A stretch of 64,000 nt of DNA from Lingula anatina (taxonomy: Eukaryota; Animalia; Brachiopoda). The stretch's first letter is position 1. Each line of letters starts with the position of its first letter. The stretch spans positions 21,328,001 to 21,392,000 of the forward strand of contig CM120640.1 in assembly GCA_051362555.1 (NCBI GenBank), in the 5' to 3' direction. The notes beneath the pieces are model-generated. The model did not search any database. It was not told where the DNA came from and was given only the letters and a program-made list of their open reading frames with translations. Both the position numbers and the translations under genes were made by a program. Of the stretch, positions 1 through 15,062 are shown in pieces.

Positions 1-1800
1 CCAGAAAATCTAGCAAATTCTATCAACTGATAGTAGTTCTCTTAAAATGAGAAATATGAACGAGTAAGTTTTAATATAATTTTTAAGTACTGCATTGTTA
101 TAGTAATGGATGTTCTTTATAATATATCCATTCCTTAAGAAATAATCATTTATCTTTTTAAAATATTTTTAAAAGCATCATCAACATACACAGTTAAACA
201 TTCTTTTCTTTTAACAGTATGTCACTTTAAATGCTTTCTGATGAAGACCGTACAGGGCATATTTCAATTCATCGATGATTGTGTGATCATTTTCCTTTCA
301 GTATAACAGCTGAAGCAAACTACTTTCCCTGGATGTCATACAAGGACAATGCTTTTGAATCAGAAGAGAATAACGTGACAACATTAATCTTTTGTGCCGC
401 AAGATATCAAATCTATTCTTTATTAAAGATCACAAAGGAGCAAAGCCATAAGTTCATGGAAAAAGGTATCCACTTGTCTTCCAATATGTACTATGGCCTA
501 AATGATGACATTTTGCAATGAAAAAGGACCATGCAAAAAGTGATATTGATTTTTACTTGTTCTATTATATTCATCAAATTAACACATGTACACCATACAA
601 TGTAGATCTGTCATAAAGAAAATAATTCAATTCTATAAATTATGTAATTTCTCGGTGATTTTGTCATCTTCAATGCACACGGTACCATCAAATTACTGTG
701 CCCATACTAAGTTCCAATAGTTTCCATCATTTAACTTGATAATTTAGGAGTATACAGCTACCCAAAAAATGGCTTTAACACAGTACAATCAACATCATTA
801 TCCTTAGGCCCTGCTTTCAGGATGGTATTGATTGCTGGATGTTGAATTACAGCTATATTTGTGCATCCCACCTCTTTATTTTCTCTGCTAATGTATGTTT
901 GCCCTTGCCTCAGAATCTGAGGGACTACAATGCAAACTGTGGAAATTCAACACATTATCTGCATTTGACAAATCTTTATGACGTCTGCTTTTACAAACAC
1001 AGAGCTGAGGATGAATTGACGCATTGTACTATATGCAATCATCAATTTGGTGAAATAAGTGGCGTTTCGGTCTGGCTGTCACATGGAGTGATATAATAAA
1101 TTGTCAATAAAACAGTAACATCAAAGAATATTTACTTTAAAGCATTACGTGGGGGATTATGCATTTCAAACAAAAGATTTCCATCAGAACTTTTCCTGGA
1201 TGGTTTGGAATTGCAGTTAAACTAATATCCTTTCAAATACTTTGAATTAATTCGGATATATCAAAAGACATTTTTAGAAGGAATAGAATCTGTTCAGTGG
1301 TTTTTGTGATTACCTTCTGCAATGGTTACCAAATGAAAATCACATAGATACAATTGATTTGAAAACTTTCTTCAAGCTCTGTGGGTATTATTAGACATTA
1401 TCTTTGTACAAGAGTGGAATCTAAGTGGTGCACTAATATTTGCAAACTGGAGAGAAAGAGAATATGATCCACACAGTTCCCAGGTAATGAGAATCAGAAA
1501 GTTTGAAGTCTGGGGTTTCTCAGGAATTCACACTTGATAGCCATAGTTGCTCTTGTAAGGCAAAATTATATGCTGTAATACAGAAATACATAGACAGGTG
1601 TAACATTTGTTCCCAACAATACCCAGTACTTATCTTCATGGAAAAAACCCGTAAAGAGCAGATGTCTGTAAAAAAAAAAAATCAAACACTGGTCATCAAG
1701 ACTATTTCCTGCCTTTTCTTCTGTTCAGTTATAGACCTTGGTCCCAAATCACTGAAACTAGCATTTCTCCTTACAAAGCATGCCTGTTGCAATGGTCACT

Positions 1801-1965
1801 CAGGGGCAGATTTAGGCCGTCTTCTGGGTCTTCTGGAAGACGGTCAGACTTTTAAGTTTACATTGACCGGTATCTATTTTTTTCTGTCGGAAGACGGTCA
1901 AAATGGAGGATGGTAATAAAGATAATTTGGAAGACTGTCAGAAAATATCTCTGGGTCCGCCCCTG
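1801..1965. mobile_element. MITE with CAGGGGC..GCCCCTG termini, 6-bp TSD (copy A)
   Basis: Ends CAGGGGCAGAT / GGTCCGCCCCTG, flanked by gtcact/gttact (1 mismatch); an inverted homologous copy lies at 61046-61208. Confidence 0.7.
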
Positions 1966-4900
1966 GTTACTGACAAAAAAGGATTTTGGTCAATTGGGTG
2001 GAGGGTGGGGGGTAGAAACATTATAAACTGCAGAGTTCTTAGCCTGGTAGTCTTGGTTTCTAAGTACAGTAAGCCTTTTCCACTATTTTTGTGTCAATAG
2101 CAATGTTTTTTACAGTTGGCACAGATTTACACTTCAATTTATGGATTGAGAGATCAATGGGAAGACTGAATCCATTTTCAGATAGAGGAGATATGTAGGG
2201 TATCTTTACCTCTGTGACCAAACTGAGATAGTCATTAGAATTATCATTGCACCAAAACCATGACCTGTCACCTTTGAAATATTCAGTATCGAATACCACA
2301 GGTCCCATTTGATGCCTCTCAAGCTCTAATCAACTTCATTCCCTTACAGTAATAGTAATCAATCTCCAAATATTGATAAAAATAATTTCCCCAAGCTTTC
2401 ATAATTAGATTAGCTGTACAGGAGCCAGCTACTTAACTTCTGAGAATCGTGATAGAGTGTAGAACTAAACTTCTCAAGTGAGTTCAAACCTGGTCACTTC
2501 CTCATTAAATAAAATCATTGTCTGAATCCTTTCCTGTGGGTATTTGGATATTTTTTTTAATTCTCTGAAATTTAAATTAACGCAATTAAGAAATGCCAAC
2601 TCCAGTGCAGCTTAGAAAAATTCAGGAAATACTTATTTTTCCTGACAGATTGGATAATACCAATCGACCTTGTTTATACATCTTTCCTTGCCCATAACAT
2701 CCCTCACAAGATTAATAGCTGCAACGTGAAAATTTTAATATGTACCTAAGCATGAACTCAACCTCTATTCTGCCAAACTGCAATGAATACAAGTGCAGCA
2801 AGAAGTCATCTAAGTGATGAAAATCAGTCAGGTCTGAACAATCAGCTCTTAACACCATACAATGATATGTTTTGTTGGTAATGACATCTTCTACTGGTTT
2901 TTTTTTGTTTACGTTATACTTTTGTAGCTCATGTAACACTTGTTTCCATCCCCAGCATCACGTTTTCAGTATCACATTAAATTTCATATCATGTTAACAA
3001 TTCACAACCTAATACATTCTTGAACACTATTTTGGATACTTTTAAGGGACTCAATGCTGTCACCTGCGTTTTTTTTTTCCAATATCTTAAACACCTTGAA
3101 GAAAAACAGATGAACAGATCATCTTTCATGCAAACATAATCTCATCTTATTTTTAAGGTTGAGCAGAGATAAACAGTTGCTCAATTTTTGCTTAAGGCAA
3201 AACAGATTCAACATTCTCCTGTTATTTGACATCTAATGTCATGAATTATCCCAGGCCAAAGAAGACTAGAATTCACTCTTAAAATACCTTTTTGAAACCT
3301 TTTTGCCAGAAAAATGTATGCTTTTATTTATATACACAAAAGTTTCATAATAAAGAAAAATACTGTGGAGAGAGAGAGAGAGAGAGATAGATCAATTGAA
3401 AACTAAATAGCCTGGCTTTTATGTAAAAGAGACACCTCAACATAATTCCTCTCCCTTAAAACCTTACATACACCTTTAAAACAATTTAGCCCCTTAAATC
3501 CTTTATTCTAGAGGGTAACTGATGTTGACATTCCCAAATAGGAAAATGACCGCTGTTATAATGACTGGCCAGTCATTTTAAGCTGACATCAACCTTTGTA
3601 AATTTTATCAAAGGTCAAATCTAAGTGCAGAGAGGGATAGATAAATGATTCGAGAATCCAAGAAAATTGCTTATTTACACAGGAAAATCCATTTTGGTGG
3701 GTAAATATGTCATGGAATGTACCTTTAACTAAACAGCAGGAAGCAAACTCACGGAGAAAGGAGAGTACAGTCCATTATAGCATAACCACATGGTAAAATC
3801 CCCCCCCCCCCCAAAAGAAAACTGGTATAGCTGTATCCCTAAAATACTGGATGTGAAAAGTCATAACAATTATGACTAACCTTTCACTTAACTTTTCTTG
3901 TTAAACTGAACCCTAGCAGAATTTTACTGGTGCTTAGTCTAACAGAATTTTTTCTTACATTCTCACCTAATAAAACAGATGAAAGACAGAAAAACAAATA
4001 ACAGAAAGACAGACAACTTGGACACAATAATAAATTTTCTTAGCTACATAGGTACAATTTGAGTAAAAAAAAACAATGTTTGTTGAAATAGCTTGCTTAA
4101 CAAAGCTCAAGCTAGGTTTTTCTTTTCGTTTCTGATTATATCAGTGTCTTATAAATGTCAACAGAAAAGTCAAGGGAATCCACTCAATCAACCTTTCCTG
4201 TGTCAACTGAATGGCATCATGAAAACGTGTGTCACAAGGCACATGTGAACTTGTAAACCTCTTCATTCAAAGAAAAAAATCCAGAAGCAATAATGTTGTC
4301 TTTCAAATTAATGAAATGTCAACTCTAAGAAACAAAGTAAATTGGAACATGTGTAATCTTTTTCTCCCATCTATGTTAACTCTTAAATGTATAATTTCTG
4401 AAACAATGGCTTTTTCTTTTTTCATTATTTTAAACAACTTATCCTATGCATATTTCACAAGGCAGCTGGAAAGAAATAAGACACACTGCCAACGTGCATA
4501 CATACATATAAGCAGATATTAGGACAAAAGCAGACCCTAGGATATTCCATTGTGCCAATTCTTGACTGTTGTATTGGCATTTACCTATAATGATGTTCAG
4601 CTGGTAAATACCATTTCCCAAATGGCTAATGTTTCGTATAATGAGTGCTTTTTAATAGCTACACAGGCAAGGGGCAAACAGTGTATCTTTTTCTGTCTAT
4701 CAATGGAGTAAGCCATATAGGCCAATTGTTTCAAAAAGGTGACAGGAGAACATGTTTTTCATTTATTAAAGAACACTCCACTTAATGAGTTTTAGTGAAA
4801 ATGATGAGACACCACTGGCTACTGCATAAGATTCAAAGTACAACATAACAAGTTAGTGGCTTTGCTGATGAAACATTACAAGAAAAAAAAAAGGCCAATT

Positions 4901-6372
4901 CCATAAACTTCTCTACTTAAGTAAAGATCTTAAAAATATGTTCAATACTGTGGTCCTTAAATTTTTCATTTAACTTGAAAAATACTTCAATCATTTGGCT
5001 TAAATAAACTTTATATTACTTTATACGAAGGCCAAAGTGGTCAAGAGACCAGGTGTGACAGAGGGTCAAATGTAGGTCAATGAGGTCATGTGTTTTACTA
5101 GCCTCCTACCAAAACATGTCTACTAATGAACAAATCTGAACCTTATAAATTCTTATCATGGCTAATTTATATATCGTACAGTATTAAAACAGCACAGAAT
5201 TCTTTCATATTTTGATAAGCATGTTTCCTTGTCCTGGCATTACACCAGCCAAACAAATGAATTATTACAGGAGGCTGCACACATTTGGGGCTGCACAGTT
5301 TTGAAAGGTCTTCTGTTTAGGAAAACAAACGGCCATTCTAGTAATCAATGAAGGTGCTCTGTTTAGAAAAACCAATAGGCGCATCATAAATCATTGAACC
5401 AATCATTTTCTGTGATTCCAATCATTAGGTTCACAAGATTATGTAATATTCCCACCAGACATTCGCACTGGTTATTTCACTGATGAAGCAATCAGAAAAA
5501 TTGAAAGCACAGCAATTCTTGAATAAGAATTGGAATGTCAAAAAAGTTTGATTGGGCTTAAAATAATTAAAGCACCAATCAGACGTTTTGGATTAATATA
5601 ATTAAAACACCAATCAGACATTTGCTCTAAACAACTTAATAAAAATTGCATGACATTTTTGCATGTAACAGTTTCATTGATACAATTCAATTCCTTCCAA
5701 GACAAAATAGCCCAGACATTTAAAAAAAATTTTGAAGTCATCAGAAAATGATAACACTGCACTCCAAAATTTCTTTGCAAGTGTATCAATTGATTAAGTC
5801 AAAAGTTTAATCTTTTGTCTAAAAGAAACGTTTTATCAAAGTCAGTGTATTGTTCAATCAACACCCCTTTGGACATTTTCCTATGGTAAAGCCAAACATT
5901 ATCCTATCTAAGATTTTCCCACCAAAATTTTCCTTGAAAAAGAAGTAATTATCTCTTAACCATTGCTCAACCCAACCTTGCACTTATACCATGCTTTATA
6001 CCATTTTTAATTAAATAATTTACTTTGAAACATTTCCAAAAGCATTTATACTAACAAGTCTTCCTTTACATTTCAGAAGGAAATATTGACACCAGGTACT
6101 TCAATTTGAAGGGTTTTATCATTTGTAAAGTGTGAATTGCAAAAGATAAATAGACTGTAGCTTTGCAAGATATGCAGACCCAGAAAATATGACTTTGGGC
6201 CTATTTCAAATGCACTTGGTATACCCTAAAGAACTGATCTAGTCATTTATTTTCATTTGTATTTTTTCACACTAAAATAAATATCAGCAAGGACATGATA
6301 CTTTATTTAATGATGATTATCTAAAAATTGTTATAATCTTGAAATAAGTTTTAAAAAATATAATGTTCATAC

Positions 6373-7188
6373 CTCATGTTGAATCAGCTGGTTGGATGCA
6401 CTTTCCACAGTAGTCACTCGATTTTTGCATAACTTTGACTTTACCCAGGGTTCTATATTGTGATTAAACTTCATGAAGGTCACATAGCAAAAATACCAAA
6501 ATAGCAGCAGCAGTGATTCCCATATGTCAATTTGGCCATCTTTGAAAAATCCAATCAGCATGGCTAAGCTACAACTGTAGAAGACACAGTCTCGAAATAA
6601 TGGCCACCATGTTAATTTTAGAACACCTTTGCTGACTACGGCACACATCCCAATGACGAAAAGAATATTAAAAACGGCTGAACCCACAATTGTCCCAATT
6701 CCCACGTTGTTGTGAGCTACAAACAACCCAATGAGGCTCGTGAAAAGTTCTGGTGCACTGCCGCCCGCGGCCATAAAAGTTGCTCCAGCAACATCTTCCG
6801 AGATGCCCAGTTTTTCTGTGATCACCCCTAAGGCAGGTACGAAAAATTCATCACAGACCACAGCCAGCGCGACAAACATATACAAAATGCCAATGACATA
6901 CAAGACCACTGCACCCTGTCTCAGTTGTTCGATTGTGAAAAGTTCAGGAGGATACATTTTATTTTCTTTAGCTGTAGTGCCATTAGTGGTATTGTTGTCA
7001 AGAGCTAGAAGTCTCCTTGTCAAAACTCGATGATCTCCATCTTCAAATTCACTAAGGTGAGGTACAATGATGTCACTAAAAGAACACAAAAAACAAAGGT
7101 ATCCAATCGCCAGGGTGCCTGATACCACCAGAAGATGACTCCCTCGGAGCTTGCGACGCACGCACCTTTTTGCTCGCCAGGCCTTCAT
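6373..7188 (-). CDS. SLC24A: K+-dependent Na+/Ca2+ exchanger (SLC24/NCKX family), first coding exon; gene continues toward or beyond the left window edge
   Basis: Alpha-1 repeat motifs [53 protein letters not shown]; first ATG at 7188; GT donor at 6372-6371; candidate AG acceptor near 7359. No downstream exons confidently identified in 1-6370. Confidence 0.93.
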
Positions 7189-10100
7189 GGTGCACTCTGT
7201 TTTAAGAACAGAAATCACTTTTTATGTGATTTACTAGTTTTTTTCTTCTGTGCAATCAATTTCCTGTGGTGTTTCACAGTGGTGTTTGACTGTTCACATC
7301 CATTTTCTTCCAATATCTTATAATGACCAATCTTTTAATCAGTCACCATAGAAACCACTGTAACAAAAAGAACCATAATCAATACTATTACATGTACTAT
7401 CACAATAAATGAAAAAAATGACATGGTTCATGATGCCTACTTTTCTTTTTGCTTGACGTAGGTCTACAAATGAGAACAATTCAAGGCAATTTAATAAAAC
7501 CTTTTCCGTCTCAACTGTTAAGTTCCGTCTCAATAAAACCAGTTCACCTACATCATTCAACAAATGTATCTTATTAAATATCAGCAGCATATTTTTACCA
7601 CAGTGACTGAACTAATAAATTTATCCCTTTTAAATCTTCCTTTGGAATACAAATAGATTCAAAAAATGTTTCAACACAATATAATATTTAATAATAATAA
7701 TAATTATTATTATTATAAAAAAGTATCTAATTTAAGTTAATAAAGTATAGCAAATCAGAATGTATTTTTTTCTGTTTTCTATGCAAAGAATTCAGTGTAA
7801 AGATATCATAATATTATACAAGAAATGAAAAATTGTAATACTTCTTGTATATATTTTGATCAATTAAAAATCTTAAACATATACAAATCAAATCTGAAAC
7901 TACAAAACTGGCAGTAATGTAAGATGCAAGACATGTTACATAAAAGATAAAAGTTATGCACTGAGAAATTATCAAAATACAAGCAGCGAAAATGCCTAAA
8001 GTACTTTTTGACTCAAAGGCAATTTCTTAATTTTCATTGCTTGTATTAAAAAAACAACTCCTTCAGTTAATTAACATCATCATTTCTTTCAGACAGAATA
8101 TTCAAGTTTAACACCAACGTCCTTAAGTTTTCATGAATGATCTTCTGAAGGTCAAACTGTAAACAGCCAAAACAAAACAAACTCAGTCTAGTAACGAACA
8201 ATTTTAAACCCATATACCAGTATGTAATTGTTACTCATGAAATACTAAAAAAGTCCCTGTTTATTTTCTAACTTGTGAAAGCCAGTGACACTGGCCATCT
8301 CCAGATCATCTTACCTACAACGTGACAGGCGATTCTGAAGCAGCAAGTCCCCAGACATGGATAAAGATATTCAAACAGTTAACCAACTCCTTACACTGGT
8401 TTAATGCTTATTGTTCACAGACCAGCTAAAGTTTTGTTGCTTTCTCCAGGCAGCTTTTATACGGTCTGTGTACACCATGCTACTGAATGCCTGCATTGAT
8501 CCCATCTCTCAGGTAGAGGCTGTGCCGTGACGTTAGCCCCGTTATTGATCTACCATACCATCAATAGTAAGAGTAACCAAGTCAACAAGGAAACTCACAG
8601 GACCAATCAAGAAGATGTTTTAAGTGTCTACTAGGTGATAGGTCATAATTACTCTCAGCAGGACAACTATTCATTATTAAGATGGCACATCGGCCAGAAC
8701 CAGTCAAGATACACTGGGCAAGCTATCATGCCATTTCACAATTTATCCTTTTTTGCTGCTATCATATCAGCAAAAATCAATTCGGTGATCCAATAATTTT
8801 GAAGTAAAGAATAGTAAAGGTGAAAGAAAATCTATACAGCATTATTATGAATCTCATACCACACCTTGTGCAACCAAGAATCTATAACAGACAAGACTGT
8901 GACCAAGAAAAAAAAAACTGTTATTGTAACTAAGGGACCTATCTGAAACTTGATACAGTTAGTTTGGTTAGCCAAATACTCATATTTGTGCTCTGGGCCT
9001 TGTTTGTTAATTGATTCAGAAGTCACATAATTGCAAATCACAAAAAAGGCTATCAAAAGACTGGATTGGATAAACTTTCAATCAATATTCCATTATGTTA
9101 TACAACAAACAGAAACATGTGACAGTGTGAACAATACATGTACCTAGGGTGAGAATTACATATACTTCACTATAACATGAATGTGCCTTACATAAATATG
9201 CTTTTTTGCAATGATAGAAAAAGGTAATTTATTTTAAGTTACGAAAGGCAAAAATTAGGATTTATAAAAACTTTGCAATAATATTCATTTGTCTCCAGTT
9301 ATGTTCAAATTGATTTTAATAAAAACTGTTTCAGTCTCAAAAGCAGAACAGACAAGCTTGACTACAGCCAATCAAATGAAGATCAATTCTTTTTTTTTTT
9401 AATCTGAACAACCGATTAGTACAGAGATGTCTCAAATCAAAAATCATATACTAGGAATTTTCAGATATTTCTCTTTTCAGGATCGGTTAAACGAAAAATA
9501 TGAACAACATTTTTAACAACAATATACAATGGTCATTTGATATACATAGCATTTGAGATACTAACCGAGTTTTTTTCCAGATCAAATAAAAATAATAAAT
9601 ATAGCAGCCTTATCTAGGATTAAAATATCAGTTTTCATTCATTCTACCTGACATAAGGGTCATTAGGTATTTGGGAAACGTGGAGAAAAGCACATATGAG
9701 GAACATTAACTTATTTTCTTATTTTAAAGAAATACATTATTTTAATAATTTCCAAATTTTTTCACTGGATACAAAACAACATGTCTACTAAATACGCATG
9801 GACTCAGAATATGTCTCTCCTGAGTTATAACACATATCAATACTACAAACAAAACCCACCTTTTCCTCCTTACTCAGCAGTGTTAGAGGACAATTTCTAA
9901 CATTATCTCTAGTAAGCCGGATTCAGAGGCAGTTTATAGCCTTAAATCCACAGCCATCACTGGGCATGGGTGGTTTAATAGTTATAATCCCTGGTATCCA
10001 TGGGCTGTAGAAGCTGTAATCTCCATCACTGAATATATACCTAGACATAAAAAGGAAAATAAGCTGTTCACTACAAGCAAAGCTGTTGACAAAACAAACA

Positions 10101-12120
10101 AGTGACCACTCTTAAAACAGACTGTGTATAGTTTTGTCAATAAAATTCAGCCCCATAATTCTTTAACAAGAGGCACCGTGTCATGTTCATATTGAATTAG
10201 TTGTAATCAAAAACCTCTTTAATGTATTCCACGCCAGATAAGCATAATAAATCTGTTTGCCATATGCAGATGATATGTAATGCAAGATTTTAACAGTGCA
10301 CTGGTGTTTCAAAGTAGTTTGGAATATAATGAGTCAAAAGATTTTGATAACTGCCCAAAAAACTGGTCCAAGACGCTGCAACACTAATTTAATACAATCT
10401 GTCTCTTTAAAATATAACAGTTGCAAACTTTTTAAATTTTTGTGTGGGTTACGGGTTGTATTCCGATTCTTTTAAGAAACAAACCAGACTCACATCTACC
10501 TAATCTATGATTAGCCTATCAATCCTTGTGCAAACTCATATTTCTTTCTTTTTTTTTTTTTTTTTTTTAACCAACTTCCTTTCGTAAGTTATTGAAAATG
10601 TCAATTAAGAGACCACAAATGAACTCAAGGGAAAAGGAGGGTGTCTCATCTTATTGCAGATAATCTTTCTAAGTTATCAACAAATTCTCTTTCATGGATC
10701 AATATGTTTAATTTTCTTTCCATAACTTACCAATTGCAACCACATCTCTCAGCATCCTTTCAACCCAGAGCTCACAATCACATGAAAACACACATTGCTT
10801 GGTTTCACAGCACAACTACTGCAATCAAGTGAAATGGGTATCCATGGCCAAGTCTGACGACTCTATTATTTCCTTTTCTCTATCTCAATCCTCTTATTCT
10901 GTGCAAAGACATGAGTCACCATGGTAACTGATCTAAGGCTTAACTATTCAGTGCACTCTAAAAATAAAAAGCATCGGAGAATATGATGTAAAATTAATAT
11001 ACTTAGTAATGTTATTTTAAGGATGTGTGGCCATAGCCAACAGATTAGAATTGGACAAAAAACTAAAAGACAGTCAATGGTTTTTAAACCTCAGCAAAAT
11101 GCACGTTGATAACATAATCAAAGATGAAATGAAATAATCTAATGCGTGATCATTTATTTTGTATCACAAGCCTTTGTTTCCTTGCCTGTTGTTGCCTACA
11201 TGTGGAAAACCTTAAATTTTACTATAGAAAACATTTTCTTAATATTAATGTGCAAATAAATAAAGGAAACTATTCCAGGGAAAAAGACATCACCCAAGAG
11301 AGTTGAAAAAAGTATATTTACATTTTTGTACTTTATTTTCTTAGGAGTGCCACATCTACAGCAATTTTTTTTGTACTTTTTACTAAACAGCTAAGAGTCT
11401 GTATAACTTTTTCAGAATGCAAGCCTTTTATCTTAAAAGTCTAAAAATAGCTATCCGACATCAAAAACCACTTGCCTGAAGTGTAACTGTTCAAATATCA
11501 TAAAGATAATATGGTAATATAATTTTTGTGACATAGGTATACACATGTTCTAATAAACACTTTTGAAATATAGCTAACTACATGTACCTTCCTTGGCAGC
11601 AAATGTGTCCCTCTTCCCCATCAAAACTGGTCATATAAAACAGACAATTCTGTCCAAGGGGACACATCATTCATTATATTGATTATGTATCCCTGTTATC
11701 TGTTAATTAAGTTCTGTATCCGAGTGGGTGTTTCTATAGATAAACCACCTGGATATGCAGCAACTGAAAATCAATATGAAAGAAATGAGCCTAGCTGCTG
11801 ATCGAATGGGTTTTTCTAATATAAGCCTGATGAAGCTAATCTAGATAGCGGCCATCCAATAGTGCAAAAATAATTTCTGGACACGAATAAGTTAGAGAAG
11901 GGTTCAGTACTTGGACACAAATTGATCTCCTGTCTGATGTGACTATCATTACATGGTTTTGGTCACAGTCTCCCTGAATATGTAGACATTACATTGACCA
12001 ACAGGTGAAAAGAATTTTACAAAGACAGAGTAAATTGGAAGCCAAAATTTGGGGCTTTTTAGAGGGTGTCGAGTAAACACAGTTGAAAGTTAGGTAAGGC
12101 AATAAGGCTTTTAAGTTTAA

Positions 12121-12456
12121 AGGGACAATAACTCTTCGTTTCGGCCATAATATAATTTTCCTGGAGTAAACAACAATTTACCTATACTTACCAATGGTTA
12201 ATGAATCCATTTTTACATTCAAAGTTAGTCCCTGGTTTTTTTCTAAAAACTTTGGTTTTTTGTTAAAATCTCTTAAGAGATTATAACAGAGTATAGCCAT
12301 CAATGGATGCCACATGATCTGAAGACAAGCTCAGATGTCAGAATAATAGCTATAACTGCTGTTTTTGTCGTAAAACAGAATATATTATATTTCTATGAGT
12401 TATTCACAATGTTTTTATTGCGAAAGATAGACCTCAAACAAAGAGTTATTATCCCT
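12121..12456. mobile_element. Non-autonomous DNA transposon, Kolobok-like (TTAA TSD, AG terminus)
   Basis: TIRs AGGGACAATAACTCTT / AAGAGTTATTATCCCT, both flanked by TTAA; an inverted partial copy lies at ~39208-39425. Confidence 0.75.
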
Positions 12457-14054
12457 TTAATATAACCTTGATGTTTATCTTTCTTTCTTTCTTTTTTTTA
12501 TTCTTCGTAATCTCTATACAAATTTAACCCAACCTTAAAGTAAGTTTGCTAAAAAAATCTACCAAAGCTGTGCTAGAGCAAGCATTTAAGCTTGTACCAC
12601 AAGAGCTACATCTGCATTTGGACTGGCTTTTCCCTAATTTTACAAACAACCTACCAACTGTGAAGACCATCAAATAAAAATGCTATATATGCTACAAGGC
12701 TACATATCTAATTTTACTTTACATGAAGTTAGTCACTCATCAATGTAGGCAGATATTTTTAACCTTGTCTCATGTGTTAAGGATTTCTACACATGTACAT
12801 GTAGAAGGAGAAATGAACACATAAATATTGCTGATAATTAGTAACTTGTCAAATATACTGTAGATACCTACTATATGAAATCATCAGGAAGGGTTCTAAA
12901 GTTTTCCGTTTTCAAGTGTCCTCAAACACTATTATTCGACACAGTTTCCATTAGACAGGCAGCAATTTCTAGTCAAACAGTGCAAAGCCTCTTTGATGTG
13001 ATGACTGACTTTATACATAGATTACTGGTTTTCTATTGTTCTCTTGTATGAAATGACACAGTCATGCACATTTGATCAGTGCTTATTGATAATGTATAAT
13101 GCTTTGAGTATGTCATGAAATTTAGCTGGGTTTCCTGGTTACATATTGGATTATTTTTCAAGTTATCCATCAAGTACTATGGCAAAGTGTTTACAGAATA
13201 TTCTGGGTATGGACATATATATCAGATAGTGTGAAACATATATAATTAATTATAACTGAGCAGCAAAGCAAGCTATCATGTTGTTGGATATGTAAGAGCT
13301 TAAATATCAATTTCTAGTATATATGATGATAATAATATTAAAATCTGAACCTTATAAATCATCATAATTAATAGCCATCACTGTGAATCTGTACTAGTAC
13401 CGGAACTTCAGTCATGTACATTTGTAGAACTACAATTTAGTACCCTTGCACCAGGGAAATATATCGTAGAGTCCCGGGGGTGCGATATACCAGTACATGT
13501 AATTCCTTGCTTGTGCAAAACTTATCATCATATAATTAAAACTATTGTCCTCATGCATTCATACCACAAAAAACAATGCTCAGAAAAATTCTGCTCTCAG
13601 GTAGTTTATCCCATAGCACATTTGATTTGGGACTGTACATTAACTGTTTTTCCAAGCAAAATAATTTAAAATTAATCCAAAACACTGTTTCCGCAGAGTA
13701 CCGCGATTTTCACTCTCCTTTTAAGGAGGAAGCAATTGCACTCGGCGAAATCAAAATTTTGATTGGTCAATGCTGAGATATAGCTTTGTCACCGAAAGAC
13801 GAGGCCCAAGGTGAAGCTAATCTTTGTATAACGTGTGATCATTGTCATTTAAGCAACTTTCTTCACAGTTCTATGCGCAGAAATTTACACTGGTCTTGCC
13901 AATAGTATTTGACAAGAAAAACGCACATGATAAGTATATTTTATCAGAGGCAGCCAAGGCGTCAGTCAGTCGTTGCAGAGGAAGTGATTTATAGGGCTGC
14001 AGGTGACTGTTTGGGAATGTTCTGATAGATTCATAGTCTACTAACTTGTGGATA

Positions 14055-14583
14055 ATGGGTAAAAGAAGAGGAACCTCTACTGAAGATGATAGCAGCGTGA
14101 TTCTAGGTAAATTATAGCCACTGTAACAAACTGGCGTCAAATACTGTAATAGCTTGTTATCGGTGTTGCTTGTGGCCAGTGTTGGTGTAACAAGCTTCAA
14201 TAAGTTGTTTCACGCCTTTATGAATCTAGGCATCTCGCTCAACTGTGTTGCTTTCTGTTATATTGACTATATGCAAAAGAGTAAGGACCGAAAATGCACA
14301 TTAATTGCCATTGGTTAGTGCACACTCCCTTTCCCGGCCCTTTTCTGTCTTTCTTTTCAAGTCATTCCACTCAGTATTGAAATGTCATGATTTGTTGCCT
14401 AGTACAAGTACATGTTATAGCTTTGCTCCATCAGTTCATCATGGAACTATGCTGCTGTTGCTTTGAAACAAGTTAAATATGGTCCTATATTGTAATTCCA
14501 CCCCTGCCCTGTTAAAAAGGCGTATAAAAATATTACTTTGTAATGCATAATGTACAAGTAATAGTGGTTTATGTACACACACA

Positions 14584-14624
<41 letters not shown>

Positions 14625-15020
14625 TTGGACCCACAACAAACCATTGGTCTAACTAGCTTCTATGTGTAAAGCATCTTGTCAGAAAGATGTGAAATGGGTA
14701 CTGTACTTTCATAATGGTGTATAAATTTCTACCAGAATCTCCAGGAAGCAGCCACAAGAAACACAAGAAGCATAAAAAGAAACACAAGAAAGAGAAGCAC
14801 CACTCCAGTGAAGAGACATTTTCAACCGAATATGGGAGTCCTGACAAACCTGCCATTAAACTCAAAATCAAAATTGGTAGTCAAACTTTAGGAACAAAAA
14901 GGTTTGTTCAGTTCATGACTTAGACTTAGACTTTGACTCAACTCCATTTCCATTTCAGTTTCATAAATGTGTAAAACCGTCCTGCAGAACAGTCGCTGTT
15001 ATTTTTTTTAATTGGTGTAA

Positions 15021-15062
<42 letters not shown>

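Noticed and set aside
1503-2100. 137-aa and 65-aa ORFs with similarity to ORF 60983-61198
   Set aside because: The shared peptide comes from translating the same short MITE, not a gene family
1-6300. Additional NCKX exons or nested genes
   Set aside because: No recognisable exchanger motifs in the short ORFs; probably one long intron, though small exons cannot be excluded
6731-7033. Antisense ORFs over the NCKX exon, HEIGH exons and DIRS ORFs
   Set aside because: Shadows of real coding sequence on the opposite strand, with no motifs of their own
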